Source: Candidatus Latescibacterota bacterium (GTDB lineage Bacteria; Latescibacterota; CBDEFO01). Taken from it: a stretch of DNA of 64,000 nucleotides. The notes beneath the pieces are model-generated. The model was not told where the DNA came from. It saw only the letters and a list, made by a program, of their open reading frames with translations, and did no database searches. Each line of letters opens with the position of its first letter. The stretch's first letter is position 1. The stretch is from assembly GCA_965237525.1 (NCBI GenBank), contig CBDEFO010000004.1, positions 64,001 to 128,000 on the forward strand, given 5' to 3'. Both the position numbers and the translations under genes were made by a program. Below, in pieces: positions 1 to 10,390 of the stretch.

Positions 1-735
1 TTTTCCGCTGCCTGCGGCGGCGACGACCAGGTTGCGGTCCTCGTCGATGACCACCGCTCTTCGTTGCTCTTCGGTGAGCGGTCTTACCTCGATCCTGTCG
101 AAGAAATCCCTTGATCGGACCAGCTCGTTGACCACAAAGGTGTCGTTGGCTTGCGCCCGCCACACTGTGGAGTCTCTCAAGAAGTTCTGTATGGTCTTCA
201 ACATTCGGATTTCTGAGGTGCCAGCCAGCTTGTCGGGCCATCGAGAGGGGAACGGGGCTATCCCGTCCTTAGCGTCACGTTCGAGGTCGGAAAAGACGCT
301 GCGGGTCATGTACCTGGGTGGGTCCGCAAGCCGAGCCAAGCGATTGTCGACGGAACGGAGTGTCCCGACGTGTGTAGCCAGCGTTCTTCGCCACCAGCCG
401 ACCCTTGCTCTTTCCAGTGCGTCGGCGAACGCCTGTGTGTCGAGCCGCGACAGCCCCGATACCGCGACTTCCCCGGAGGCGACACGGATTCGCATGCCGC
501 TCCAGAACCACCCGGTAGCTATCTCGGACGTCTCGATCTCCCGAAAGGGGATTTTCACCGATCCGAACGTGCGCGTCAGGGTCAAGTTGTCTGCACTCAC
601 CGTGGCGGCCTTGGCGTCTCTTGGATGAAGGAATGCGAACATGAACGATGCCAACCCGGCCCGTTCGACATGCAGCGGGCTCCCAGAAGTCAAATTGCGT
701 AAGCGCGGTTGGGGTACGGACCGTTTTTCCTTCAT
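1..735 (-). CDS. helD: UvrD-family helicase, DNA helicase IV-like (N-terminal part, runs off the window start)
   Basis: Minus-strand frame not in the ORF track. ATG at 735 with GAGG RBS, open to position 1, ending ...FFDRIEVRPLTEEQRRAVVIDEDRNLVVAAAGSGK (Q motif + Walker A of UvrD/HelD). Confidence 0.75.
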   Translation of the reverse strand, partial: MKEKRSVPQPRLRNLTSGSPLHVERAGLASFMFAFLHPRDAKAATVSADNLTLTRTFGSVKIPFREIETSEIATGWFWSGMRIRVASGEVAVSGLSRLDTQAFADALERARVGWWRRTLATHVGTLRSVDNRLARLADPPRYMTRSVFSDLERDAKDGIAPFPSRWPDKLAGTSEIRMLKTIQNFLRDSTVWRAQANDTFVVNELVRSRDFFDRIEVRPLTEEQRRAVVIDEDRNLVVAAAGSGK

Positions 736-1061
736 TCGAAATTCCTCAAATCAAATCCCTCCAAGCCGCGTTCTCGAATGGTCCAGAATGAGTCAACCCA
801 CAGTCTTACAATGATTTCCAACGTGCTCCTCGGCCGCGACCCGTCGATTTGGTAATTATGCACTTGACAAAGCTAAGACATCTGTTATAGACTTGTAGGC
901 ATGGAAACATCGGTATCATCCTTCGAGTCGCCGGTGAGCTTGTCAAGTTCTCCATCACCTTGTCCCCGAATAGGGTTCGCATCAGGTGCCGGTCGCCTCG
1001 GGAGAGCGCATCATCCGGCAGTTTGCGTTTACGCCGCTTCTTTGGAGAGGAGTTCTGAACC

Positions 1062-1892
1062 ATGATGAACCTCATTGCTTTAATGGAAAAGTTTAAGGAC
1101 GATGAAGATTGCCGAGAGGCCCTGGAAAAACTTCGCTGGCCTAACGGAGTGGCCTGCACCCGCTGCGGAGACATGGAAGTGCTCGAACTTCCCAAACAAA
1201 AGCGATGGGAGTGCAGGGGATGCGGATACCAATTCTCCGTGACCTCTGGCACCATCATGCACGATTCCCACCTGCCCCTCCGCAAGTGGTTCATCGCCAT
1301 CTACCTCATGTGCGTCTCTAAGAAAGGCATCTCTGCCATCGCATCAGAGAGGCCATGGGCAACGATCCCTTTGAAGGGCCGACTCTGTTTGGCATCGTCG
1401 AAGTGGACGAAACCCTGGTCGGTGGAAAAAAACGAAACATCGGATCGGGAAGCAGAGAAGGTAAGACGTCGGTGGCCGGGGCCATACAGCGTGGAGGCCA
1501 GGTCAGAATTGAGCGCGTACCAAACATCCGAAAGGAAACCTTCCACAGCTTCATCAAGCGGAACATCAAGGACGAAGCCGAGGCCATCTACACCGATGAC
1601 CTCAAGTCCTACCTGGGCATCGGAGACGCTGATACTCGACATGAGACTGTCATCACTCCGAGGAGGAGTGGGTTGTCGGTGACGTTCACACCAACTCTAT
1701 CGAAGGGGTCTGGAGCCTGTTCAAGCGCTCCATTATCGAAACCTTCCACAAGATGAGCGCGAAGCACCTGGATCGTTACCTGGAAGAACTGGAGTGGAGA
1801 CACAATAACCGTAACAACCCCAACATCTTCATTGATGCCCTTCGCAGGGTCATGACAACTGAAAATCTCACCTATCGGAAGCTGGTGGCTTA
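1062..1892 (+). pseudogene. IS1595-family (ISXO2-like) transposase, frameshifted
   Basis: Zn ribbon (RWPNGVACTRCG...WECRGC..QFSVTSGTIMHDSHLPLRKW), then GIVEVDET, IYTDD, and HTNSIEGVWSLFKR...HLDRYLEE, spread over three frames. Confidence 0.88.
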
Positions 1893-1928
1893 GTATCAGG
1901 GGAGGGATCTTTTCCCTCTTGATCTCCT

Positions 1929-2156
1929 TCATGATGGGGCTCCTCTAGTCCTCACTTCCCCTGCTCTCCTCAACCATGCCTTAACACACTGCCACTTGTC
2001 CCCGGAGTAACGGAAGTCCAGTGAGGGGTCGGCCTTCTCCGTCAAATAACTAAACAAGACAAGTGCATCTAAATCGGTTGGATTGTTGATTCCTTCCTCT
2101 GTCACCCAGCGATCCCACTTGGCTAGTATGAGGCGTTCGGCCTTGGCTTGTTTCAT
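1929..2156 (-). CDS. Hypothetical protein, IS1595 passenger
   Basis: 75 aa ORF with ATG start inside the element's inverted repeats. Confidence 0.55.
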   Translation of the reverse strand: MKQAKAERLILAKWDRWVTEEGINNPTDLDALVLFSYLTEKADPSLDFRYSGDKWQCVKAWLRRAGEVRTRGAPS

Positions 2157-2323
2157 TTTAGCTTGCTCATCATTGGCTACTCATAGTCAGGAACCAGTTT
2201 TACGGTGGAAACGCACCTTGTCTTTCCATTCAGGGGCCAAAGAATGCTGTGACAAAATCCATCCGTTCCTCGCTGTCTTCTGAGGGAGATTGTCTCCGGC
2301 CCAGATGGTCTGATTTAGCCCAA

Positions 2324-2956
2324 TTAGGGTTGCTCATCATCGGTATCGGTTTCAGGCCAGATCTGGTGCAGGTCTTCGCTTCGGACACGAAGTCCCCAGA
2401 ACATCTTTGAAGGTGGAGTCCGGGTTTCCGATGGAGAAAGGACGAAGGACACACCTTGTAAGGCGCTCGGATTTTTTGGAACATTGATTTCCCTTGGAAT
2501 TAGTCTCTGGCACTGAGGCGGCGAAACGATCTGTATGTCTCCTCCTCTACCAAGCCTGCCAACCACAGGTAGATCCCCGCTGCACATCTTCTTATGTAGC
2601 AGATCGAAAAAGTACCGACCCGAAACACCTGAAGATCTGAAACTGTGATTCACGTTCTCCCAAAAAAGTCGGAGTGCTTCTTTGATAGGCATGTCGTAAT
2701 TCTCAATCCTGGCTGCTTTCCTAAGCTCCCTTCTGTCTACCAGCAACATGGTCAACCCAAAAATAGTTACCGCACCACCCAGCAAACCCGGCCAGTGAGT
2801 TATCGTGAAGGTGAAAGCATCGGTGAAGTATTGCCATATAATCCCTATACCTCCAACAAATAACTCCTGCTTCCAGTGAGATCGGATCCAATCCCAGAGT
2901 GAAACAAGCCACTCAAGCTCTCGCAACCATCTCGAAACCCGCACGAGATTCCGCAT
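2324..2956 (-). CDS. Hypothetical membrane protein, IS1595 passenger
   Basis: 210 aa ORF with GAGGGG RBS and two N-terminal hydrophobic segments, inside the inverted repeats. Confidence 0.6.
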   Translation of the reverse strand: MRNLVRVSRWLRELEWLVSLWDWIRSHWKQELFVGGIGIIWQYFTDAFTFTITHWPGLLGGAVTIFGLTMLLVDRRELRKAARIENYDMPIKEALRLFWENVNHSFRSSGVSGRYFFDLLHKKMCSGDLPVVGRLGRGGDIQIVSPPQCQRLIPREINVPKNPSALQGVSFVLSPSETRTPPSKMFWGLRVRSEDLHQIWPETDTDDEQP

Positions 2957-3013
2957 CCGGCCACACTACATCCCCTCTTATTCTTTGTCAAGTGCATAAT
3001 TACCCAAAGATCT

Positions 3014-3955
3014 CTATACGTCTCTTACTTCTCCCGCATCTTCCAGAGGCCTGTAGGTTTCGGGTTGGTCCACCTTCAGAGCATCAATGACAAACTGCGT
3101 CCACGTGCCGTGAGTCCAAAAGTCTCCGGCCTCCAGAAGATATTGAACCGCTTTTTCCTGGTCCCCTTCCTTATAATATTTTAGAGCCTCCTTAAACTCT
3201 TCCCCCGCCTTTTCCAATAGTTTTTTCGCCTCTGGTCTTGGGAACGTCCCCTTCCGTAAAGACTCCTCAATTATAGAACCCTCCCACTCGAACTTTCCGT
3301 CCGTCAGGTTCTCGAAATAATACTCGTAAACCTTCCAGGGCTTGTCCTTGTAGTGCTCATATACTCCCTGTTCGGTGAATTTCTTCCTGCCCTCTTTTTC
3401 ATCTAAGACAGCAGCTTCGGCTACTTTTCGCCCCAGGTCCCTTGACCTTTCCACCATCTTAGCCATCTGAGCCGTATGAGCGGGAATTCCGCCTATGTAT
3501 TTCAGCTTCATAGTGAAAGCCCACTTGCAGATCTCTTGGGTCGCCATAAGCTGAAAGCCCTGATTTGTGGCACACGAGATCGATCCGAATGGAATCCCAT
3601 TGATGTCATCCGACCAGTGGAAGGGATAGAGCCGCTCAAAGTAAGTGTGAGCCATAGCTGACGGGCTCCAAAACTGCACCGGATCTGCCAAGATAACACC
3701 GTTTGCATTCTTCGTCTTAACGAAGATTTCACCTTCTCCTTGCTGTCCGAAGTCATCCCTTAAACAGCAACCTTTCCCGTCATTTTTGAGGCACCAGAAA
3801 CTGCTTAAGCAGGGACCGAACTTATAGTTGGCCAGATGGAGCATCTCCACTTCGGCGCCCTCGACTTCTGATGCCGCCTGAATCGCTTCTTTCAGAAGCG
3901 TCCCTGTGTTGCCTCTCCTTCTTCGTGTGCACAAAACCCCTAACACTTTTGCCAT
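3014..3955 (-). CDS. Flavodoxin-like NAD(P)H-dependent FMN reductase / iron-sulfur flavoprotein family protein with C-terminal extension
   Basis: Start MAKVLGVLCTRRRRGNTGTLL (RBS GGGGG). Contains PCLSSFWC..C.LRDD and ADPVQFWS..AM.HTYFERL motifs. Confidence 0.75.
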   Translation of the reverse strand: MAKVLGVLCTRRRRGNTGTLLKEAIQAASEVEGAEVEMLHLANYKFGPCLSSFWCLKNDGKGCCLRDDFGQQGEGEIFVKTKNANGVILADPVQFWSPSAMAHTYFERLYPFHWSDDINGIPFGSISCATNQGFQLMATQEICKWAFTMKLKYIGGIPAHTAQMAKMVERSRDLGRKVAEAAVLDEKEGRKKFTEQGVYEHYKDKPWKVYEYYFENLTDGKFEWEGSIIEESLRKGTFPRPEAKKLLEKAGEEFKEALKYYKEGDQEKAVQYLLEAGDFWTHGTWTQFVIDALKVDQPETYRPLEDAGEVRDV

Positions 3956-3975
3956 AAGTTCCCCCTGGTTGTACG

Positions 3976-5013
3976 TTACCCTCCTCTGGTATGCATTTCG
4001 CGGTGAGAGTCTTGTTTGAGCTCTTCTGCCGGGTAGAGGATGCCCCTCTGGGAAAGTCCCCTTCTTTCTTCTGCCCCACGGTCGCTTCTCCCGTTCCATC
4101 TACGTAAAATTATAGACTCGATCTCTTCTTTTGAAACACCGTCGCGCAGAGATTGCTTCAGATCGGTTCCGTCGCCTGCGTATAGACACAAATACCACAT
4201 ACCATCTGCCGTGATCCTGCTCCTGTCGCAGGATCTGCAGAACGGAGTTGTTGTTGAAGCGATGATACCAAAGACGGTTCCGTCCAACAGAATGTACCGA
4301 TCAGCAGGCGCTGAACCGTTTTGGGCCAAGGGCTCGATCGGCCCGTAATGTCTTTCCAGTGTTTCGAGAATTTCCCTCCGGGAGAAGACTTTGTTTATCG
4401 TCCACCTGGTCGCTCCACCGACGTCCATGTACTCGATGAAGCGGACCTCAGCAGAAACCTGTTTTCCGTATGTAATCAGATCCGTAATTTCATCGTCGTT
4501 GTACCCGCGAATGACTACTGTGTTGATCTTAGATCCTTTGAAGCCTGCCTGCAAAGCCGCTTCGATTCCCGCAAGCACTTTTTCGTGGCTACCGCTTCGG
4601 GTCAACGCCTTGAAACGATCAGGTCTAAGAGTATCCAAGCTAATCGTAATGCGTTCGAGTCCGGCATCGTAGAGCGACTGCGCGTGTTCTGTCATTAAAG
4701 ACCCGTTCGTTGTCATAGACAGATCCTTGATGCGAGCGTTTCTTGCAAGCATCCTGACCAAGTCCTCAAGACCTTTGCGCAAGAGCGGCTCTCCACCGGT
4801 CAGCCGCACTTTTTCTACGCCAATCCCGCTGAAGACATCTACAAGTTCGCTGATCTCTTGGAAGGTGAGGATGTCATCATAGTTAATCCACGTGTACTCA
4901 TCCTCAGGCATACAGTATTGACAGCGCAGGTTGCATCTGTCTGTAACTGATACGCGAAGGCTTTTAAGTGGCCTGCCAAATTCGTCTGTTATCTTATCCA
5001 AAGTTCTAAACAT
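3976..5013 (-). CDS. moaA: GTP 3',8-cyclase (molybdenum cofactor biosynthesis)
   Basis: LRVSVTDRCNLRCQYCMP radical SAM motif, FCRSCDRSRITADG..YLCL second cluster, C-terminal GG. Confidence 0.95.
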   Translation of the reverse strand: MFRTLDKITDEFGRPLKSLRVSVTDRCNLRCQYCMPEDEYTWINYDDILTFQEISELVDVFSGIGVEKVRLTGGEPLLRKGLEDLVRMLARNARIKDLSMTTNGSLMTEHAQSLYDAGLERITISLDTLRPDRFKALTRSGSHEKVLAGIEAALQAGFKGSKINTVVIRGYNDDEITDLITYGKQVSAEVRFIEYMDVGGATRWTINKVFSRREILETLERHYGPIEPLAQNGSAPADRYILLDGTVFGIIASTTTPFCRSCDRSRITADGMWYLCLYAGDGTDLKQSLRDGVSKEEIESIILRRWNGRSDRGAEERRGLSQRGILYPAEELKQDSHREMHTRGG

Positions 5014-5032
5014 TCATTCTAAAAGTGACGTC

Positions 5033-5245
5033 TTAAGGATATAACTGCTCTCCTGTTTCCTCATCGTAAAGGAAGACAGCATCCACAGGGCAGGACTCGG
5101 CGGCCTCCCACAAAGTTTCATCATCAGCGCCGTGCTCATCAACAACAATCGCTATCTCCTCACCATCAAAATCAAAGACCTCAGGGGCTACATCTATGCA
5201 TGTTCCCGCACCGATGCAAAGATCCCTTTTGACCCCTACTTTCAT
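5033..5245 (-). CDS. Single-cluster ferredoxin (likely 3Fe-4S)
   Basis: CIGAGTC...AAESCPVDA, GGAGG RBS before MKVGV. Confidence 0.88.
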   Translation of the reverse strand: MKVGVKRDLCIGAGTCIDVAPEVFDFDGEEIAIVVDEHGADDETLWEAAESCPVDAVFLYDEETGEQLYP

Positions 5246-5300
5246 CCTGACCTCCGTCAATTCGTTGTAAACACCTAAACTATAACCTGAACAGTATCAG

Positions 5301-5745
5301 TTAGCTCTTCCCTTTCCTTGAGCACAGGACACTCCATACATCCCTCTTTTCGATTTTTGTATTGCAGGGCAGGCACTCCTTTATGATCTCGTCAATATCC
5401 ATAATATCATGTCTTATATTCACATACTGTTCGATTTTGGAGTCGAGGTGACGTATCTGAAGCTCTAAGATTTCCAATACCTTTACGGCTAAATCGCCTC
5501 CCCATGTCACTCCGCTTTTTCAGGGTGAGTATTTCCCTTATACTCTCCAGCTCAAAGTCTGAAGCTTTCAAATTCTTTATGATTTTCAGCTTCTTCAACT
5601 GATCCATCCAATAGAGACGGAATCCTCCCTCGCTGCGCTCTACCGGGTCTATCATGCCCAACTCTTCATAGTAGCGCAATGTCCGAGTGGTGACGCCAGC
5701 CTACTTTGCCAGATCACCTATCTTTATCAAGGTCCTATTTGTCAT
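5301..5745 (-). pseudogene. MerR-family regulator, inactivated
   Basis: MTNRTLIKIGDLAK*AGVTTRTLRYYEELGMIDPVERSEGGFRLY, with in-frame TAG at 5701-5703 and a frameshift near 5510. Confidence 0.85.
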
Positions 5746-5801
5746 AAATAAAAACCATGCCGAAAAAGAAAAGCGCTTAACAGTAATGTAGACTTTGTTT
5801 A

Positions 5802-5830
5802 ATTATAACTAACTTTTACGTAAAAGTCAA
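5802..5830 (-). promoter_or_regulatory. Sigma70 promoter with overlapping palindromic operator for the merR-fdx-moaA-flavoprotein operon
   Basis: TTGACT-N17-TATAAT on the minus strand. Perfect palindrome ACTTTTACGTAAAAGT at 5812-5827. Confidence 0.8.
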
Positions 5831-5904
5831 TGTTCGTTTTTTGAGAGCAGAAGAGTAAAGACACATGGTATCCACCCTCATGGGATAATTTTGCCTATAT
5901 TTAG

Positions 5905-7423
5905 AAGCCTTGTGAAATAGTTATGTCCCAGGCAGCGTCTGAAGCGCCGATTATGGGTCAAAGAGTAGCATATCGTATCGTTTTGCTGTGGAATAAGCAA
6001 AATAGTCTTATCAGAGTTCTGGTCAGCAAGGAACAGGAGCTGTTTGAAGAACAGGATGCACTGTCTTTGACAGGCAGGGCACACATAGACGCTTTCCCCC
6101 TTCTTATGAAAGATACAAGCCTCTTGAGATTCTGTACTGTTGCAACAAGATTCAACTGTTCATTCAGTGAGGCTGGTCCTCTATAACGGGCTCGTCCCAT
6201 ACCGTGTTGTTGCCTGGCTTCAGCAAAGATATGTTCACTGCGTTTACGGAGTCTCCGGGAGAGTTTGTAGTCAGCTGTTAATGAGATAGACCGTGCATGA
6301 TTTCTGGCTTTCGCCTCTCGCACTTTTCTATCCCGTTCGGCCTGAATATGTGCTGAATTTGTCTTGTTTTTCCATGTAGGAATCGGTTCAATCTTCTCAT
6401 CGGCTCGCAGAGGAATATGGGGTATGATTCCCCGGTCAAGTACATCAGCGATAAAATTACCAGAACCGTAACCGGTATCGGCACTAAGTGTCTGAATGTC
6501 TTTGGGCATGGTGTATGTTTCAAGGTCATCTACCATCTTAAGGGCACTTTCGGGCTCTGCTGTCCCTGTCGCCTGCGTGCCCTGAGTCTCAAGGATTACT
6601 CTGCTTTTTGTGTCGATCAGATCATGGCCCATAAACGAGAGAAAAGCCCCTTTGCCCTTCGATTTGCTGTATAAGCGCGCGTCGGGGTCTGTAGTCGAAC
6701 GGTGTGTTTGGTTCGTCCACTTTTCACCATGAAAGTCTTTATCCTGAGGATGCCCGGACCTACCCTTTGTCTTATCACCTTCAAAACCGATTCCCTTGAG
6801 ATAATCATCAAGAGAAACAGGGGGTTCTATCGGCTCAATACTTTTCACTGAAGCATCAGCTTGTATCTGAGTGCCGTCGACACTAAGGTGTTTACCGCTC
6901 ACAAGACCGACATCTATGCAACACTGGACTACCTGACGCATTATCCGTTCAAACAACCCACTGGATGCCCACTTGTGATTGCGAAGCTTGTTGATCGTGC
7001 TCCTATCCGGAACCGCATCATCAAATGTCTGATGACAAAACAACCGATATGCCGCATGCATCCCCACTTCCTGACAGAGCCGATTCTCACTCAAATTATA
7101 CAGATAGCCAATAAGGATCATTCGAACAACTAATTCAGGATCAATACCGGGTCTGCCATTGTCAGGGCAATAACAATCTGATACAACGTCTCGTACAAAT
7201 GAAAAATCAACTGCCTCATCAATCTGACGAAGGATATGATCCTCGGGAACTAAATCCTCCATCTGAAAATAGTGAAACATCGGATTTGTCTGTTCCTGCT
7301 TTTGTGGGGTCATTGTTTCCTCCATGTATAATATTATCAATAACATAATATAATACATCGGAACTGCTTTATCAATGCTTGTTCTATACTACTTTCTGAA
7401 TCTAAGGGTTTTTCACAAGGCTT
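5905..7423 (-). mobile_element. IS1182-family element, copy 1 (1519 bp)
   Basis: IR AAGCCTTGTGAAA, TTAG target duplication (5901-5904 and 7424-7427). Nearly identical to 27127-28645. Confidence 0.93.
5958..7358 (-). CDS. IS1182-family transposase (likely start MTPQ near 7313)
   Basis: LVPEDHILR.ID, GRPGIDP, VDGT.I.ADAS, STTDPDARL, ADTGYGS and EHIFAE motifs. Confidence 0.93.
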   Translation of the reverse strand: MYYIMLLIILYMEETMTPQKQEQTNPMFHYFQMEDLVPEDHILRQIDEAVDFSFVRDVVSDCYCPDNGRPGIDPELVVRMILIGYLYNLSENRLCQEVGMHAAYRLFCHQTFDDAVPDRSTINKLRNHKWASSGLFERIMRQVVQCCIDVGLVSGKHLSVDGTQIQADASVKSIEPIEPPVSLDDYLKGIGFEGDKTKGRSGHPQDKDFHGEKWTNQTHRSTTDPDARLYSKSKGKGAFLSFMGHDLIDTKSRVILETQGTQATGTAEPESALKMVDDLETYTMPKDIQTLSADTGYGSGNFIADVLDRGIIPHIPLRADEKIEPIPTWKNKTNSAHIQAERDRKVREAKARNHARSISLTADYKLSRRLRKRSEHIFAEARQQHGMGRARYRGPASLNEQLNLVATVQNLKRLVSFIRRGKASMCALPVKDSASCSSNSSCSLLTRTLIRLFCLFHSKTIRYATL

Positions 7424-7554
7424 TTAGGTTAGGATCGAAAAAAGGAGGGTAGATACACATGGAGAATGCAATTACTTATAGCGATGTTCTTGCTCTTAAT
7501 CCTAATCCTGTTGATCTGCGTATCAAGATGGTTCAGGCTGCTCAACAATACGGT

Positions 7555-8834
7555 CATACCGCTCCCCTTGACAGAGCGAAAATATTTCGCAAATTGGGGT
7601 TTGAGAAGGGAGGTCAAATTGTCAAGCCCCGAAGTGAAAGATGGTAAGCGCTGGACGGCGACCCGTAAGGTAGAGGTGGTGTTGGCTGTTTTGAAAGGAG
7701 CGAATGTATCAGAGGTGTGTCGGAAGAATGGAATTAGCCAGTCACAGGCGTATGCCTGGCGTGATAGTTTCCTGGAAGGAGGGCAGGAGAGTCTGAAGTC
7801 TCGGCGTGGTCGCAAGGATCCGAAGGAGTGGGAGGTCAGCCGGTTGGAGCGTAAGGTAGGGCACTTAACCCTCCAGTTGGAGATACTCGAGGAGGTAGCC
7901 CGTCTAAAAAAAACGAAGCGGTTGCCTTGAGTGGGCGGTTTTTGGGTCGAGGCTATTCCCGTAAGGTGGTAGCTTTGGCTTTGGGTTTGCATCGTTCGAC
8001 TCTGTATAGGCTTAGGGATAGAGGTGTCAGTTCTTCTGTCGAAGAGTCTATGATTGATGAACAGCTTGCTTTTCGTGTTCGAGGGATACTCGACCAAGAA
8101 GAGGCATTTGGTCACAGGCGGGTTTGGGCGCATCTTCGTTTCAAGGAAGGGGCATATGTCAACATCAAGAAGGTTCATAGGATAATGAAGCTTAAGGGGT
8201 GGCAGTGTAAGCTGTGGAAGGAGAATCCCCGATAAGAATCCAATCGGGGACCCGGGAGAAAGGGGCCACAGGTTGCCCGGAAGCGTTCTGTGATGGATCG
8301 TCCTGACAGTCTCTGGTCGGCGGCTGACTTGACCAAGATCTATTGTGGGGAAGACGGTTGGTGTCCTCTTATTGCGGTGGTGGACAACGGGAGTCGGGAG
8401 GTTCCTGGGTATTGTTTTAGTCGAAAAGGGAGGGCACTGGAGGCCACAGATGCCCTGGATCGGGCCGTGATCTCTCGATACACCTGCAAAGAGGCTGTCC
8501 CCCAGGGTCTCACTTTGCGCTCTGACAATGGTTCCTTCTTTTTGGCGAGTACCGAATATTGGGGAATTCGTCAGGAGTACATACCAAGTGGTAAGCCCGA
8601 GTGGAACGGTGTTGTAGAGCGTTTTTTCAGGACCCTCAAGCAAGAGTGTGTTTGGCTTCACAAGTTTGAATCCTTTGAATAGGCTGAGAAGATCATATCT
8701 CAGTGGATCGATAATTACAACAAGACCAGGCTTCATTCATCCCTGGGATATAAGACCCCGGAAGAGTGGAGAAAACAATTTTATCTACTACCCCAGGTTG
8801 CTTAATTGATGTCGCTTTCCAGGGGGGCAGTACA
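7555..8834 (+). mobile_element. IS3-family element (orfA 7619-7930, orfB 7927-8805 with internal stops)
   Basis: CGGT target duplication (7551-7554 and 8835-8838), right end ...GGGGGGCAGTACA, A8 slippage run at ~7906. OrfB carries RSDNGS and NGVVERFFRTLKQE, with stops at 8233 and 8680. Confidence 0.9.
8226..8250. repeat. Short palindromic element (variant) inside IS3 orfB
   Basis: TCCCCGATAAGAATCCAATCGGGGA. It supplies the TAA that breaks orfB. Confidence 0.75.
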
Positions 8835-9922
8835 CGGTGTCTCGTATGCTGCAAGGGCTTTTAATACAACACGCAAGAGCATAAGAAAATGGCTGAAACG
8901 TTATCTTGAAGACCGATCCTTGAAGAGTCTAGAAAATCATACGAAATCACCGATAAACCCTCACTGTTTGTTACCGGAGGAGATCAGAAAGCTCATCGTA
9001 AAGTTCCGACAGACCCATCCTTCTTTGGGATATCCGTATCTATTGGGCTTTCTGCAAAAACAAAATGTTCCAACTGACCAAATCCCCTCCAAGCCGACTG
9101 CCTATGCTATCTGGAAAAAACACAATCTCATAAAGAAACGCAGGCGAAAATGGAGGAGAAAGAAACTTGTCTGCCAGTGGAAAAAGAAACTACGCCCCTT
9201 TGAATATATCCAGATCGATGTCAAACATCTGTGCGATATCCCCAACTACCTGAAACAACATTACAAGACAGGTGCCCAACTCCCTATGTTTGAGTATACT
9301 GCCAGAGATATCAAGACAGGCGGTCTCTTCGTAAGCCTGGCAGACGAACAGAGCCTGATCAACTCCTGCATCTTCGCCGAAGCATTACTCCAACACCTGG
9401 AAGACCACAAGGTCTATCCACGAAAGATCCAGACCGACAACGGAACAGAATTCGTCAATACAAAAGATGCCCTCAAAAAGACCCTCTTTAGCGACCTCAT
9501 CCAACAAAGCGGCATAGCACATAAACGCATCCCACCAGGGGCTACCACATACCAATCCGATGTAGAACGCGCCCACGGCCTAATCGAATATGAATTCTAC
9601 GACACCCTCAAGATTACCAACCGTGCCAACCTCTGCCGGAAACTCCAAACCTATCAATGGTTGTTCAATACCCAAAGACATAATAGCTATAAAGACTTCA
9701 AAACCCCCTTACAAATAACCACCCAACACCAACCCACAGAAAACCTCAATCCTCAACTTTTTGACTTCCCTGTCTTGATTCTCGACTCTCTTCTCTCTAT
9801 CTTTATCAAAGGTGGATACCATGTGCCTTTACCCGACACGTTTTTTGAGAGCAAAGAGAGCAATTTACGTATAGGGTAAAAAAGGTTGGGCAAGATTGTA
9901 AAGACCCAAATAGAACAGCTAA

Positions 9923-10171
9923 CCGGAATAATTCACAAAAAAAGGCTGTGTATTAATTAAGGGATTGTATTATATTATAGTTATGACGTTTAACCGCCTT
10001 CGGTGTCATTGCGAGCCGGAGGCGAAGCAATCTCGATGCTGTGGTAGATGTAATACTCTCGGGCTCTCATAGGAGACCACTATAAAACCTTGAGATTGCT
10101 TCCCCGATAGACTCAATCGGGGACCGCTTTGCTCCTCGCGATGACTCCACCAAGTTTATGAACTAATCGGG
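9923..10171 (+). mobile_element. MITE copy 1 (IS1380-like ends)
   Basis: Ends CCGGAATAATTCACAAA / TTTATGAACTAATCGGG, CTAA target duplication. Homologous to 43255-43484 and 53060-53287. Confidence 0.88.
10101..10123. repeat. Short palindromic element inserted in MITE copy 1
   Basis: TCCCCGATAGACTCAATCGGGGA, absent from MITE copies 2 and 3. Confidence 0.85.
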
Positions 10172-10390
10172 CTAAGAATGTCTGTGCTACGAAACACATA
10201 TAAAAAGGGAGGTCAGACATTCCTGTCTGACCATTGCCTCCTAAGTATGGTGCACCTGTCTAGTGACTGCCAGATTGCTTCGCCCACTTCGTGGCTGGCT
10301 GCCACCCCCGCAAAGCGGCCACGCCGCCTCGCAATGACGCATTAGGGTGAAGGCGGTGCTCCGCTTACTATCCACTTATTCAGTTTACGC

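Larger units (their letters stand above)
851..3004 (+). mobile_element. IS1595-family element carrying passenger genes
   Basis: Perfect 22-bp terminal inverted repeats GGTAATTATGCACTTGACAAAG (851-872 and 2983-3004) enclose an IS1595 transposase and two minus-strand ORFs. No target duplication seen. Confidence 0.88.
5849..9838 (+). mobile_element. IS481-family element containing nested IS1182 and IS3
   Basis: Imperfect 28-bp IRs (core GTAAAGRCACATGGTATCCACC at 5855-5876 and its complement near 9811-9832, right end ...GACA). Direct repeat CGTTTTTTGAGAGC at 5835-5848 and 9839-9852. Confidence 0.85.
7459..9879 (+). pseudogene. IS481-family transposase split by IS3 (7459-7554 joined to 8839-9879)
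   Basis: Removing IS3 and one CGGT restores ...QAAQQYGVSYAARAFNTTRKSIRKWLKRY (HTH). Catalytic core QIDVK, IQTDNGTEF, SDVERAH. Confidence 0.88.

Noticed and set aside
32..628. 198 aa plus-strand ORF
   Set aside because: It is the antisense shadow of the helicase gene on the minus strand.
7429..8736. 435 aa minus-strand ORF
   Set aside because: It is antisense to the IS3 orfA/orfB, which carry the recognisable motifs.
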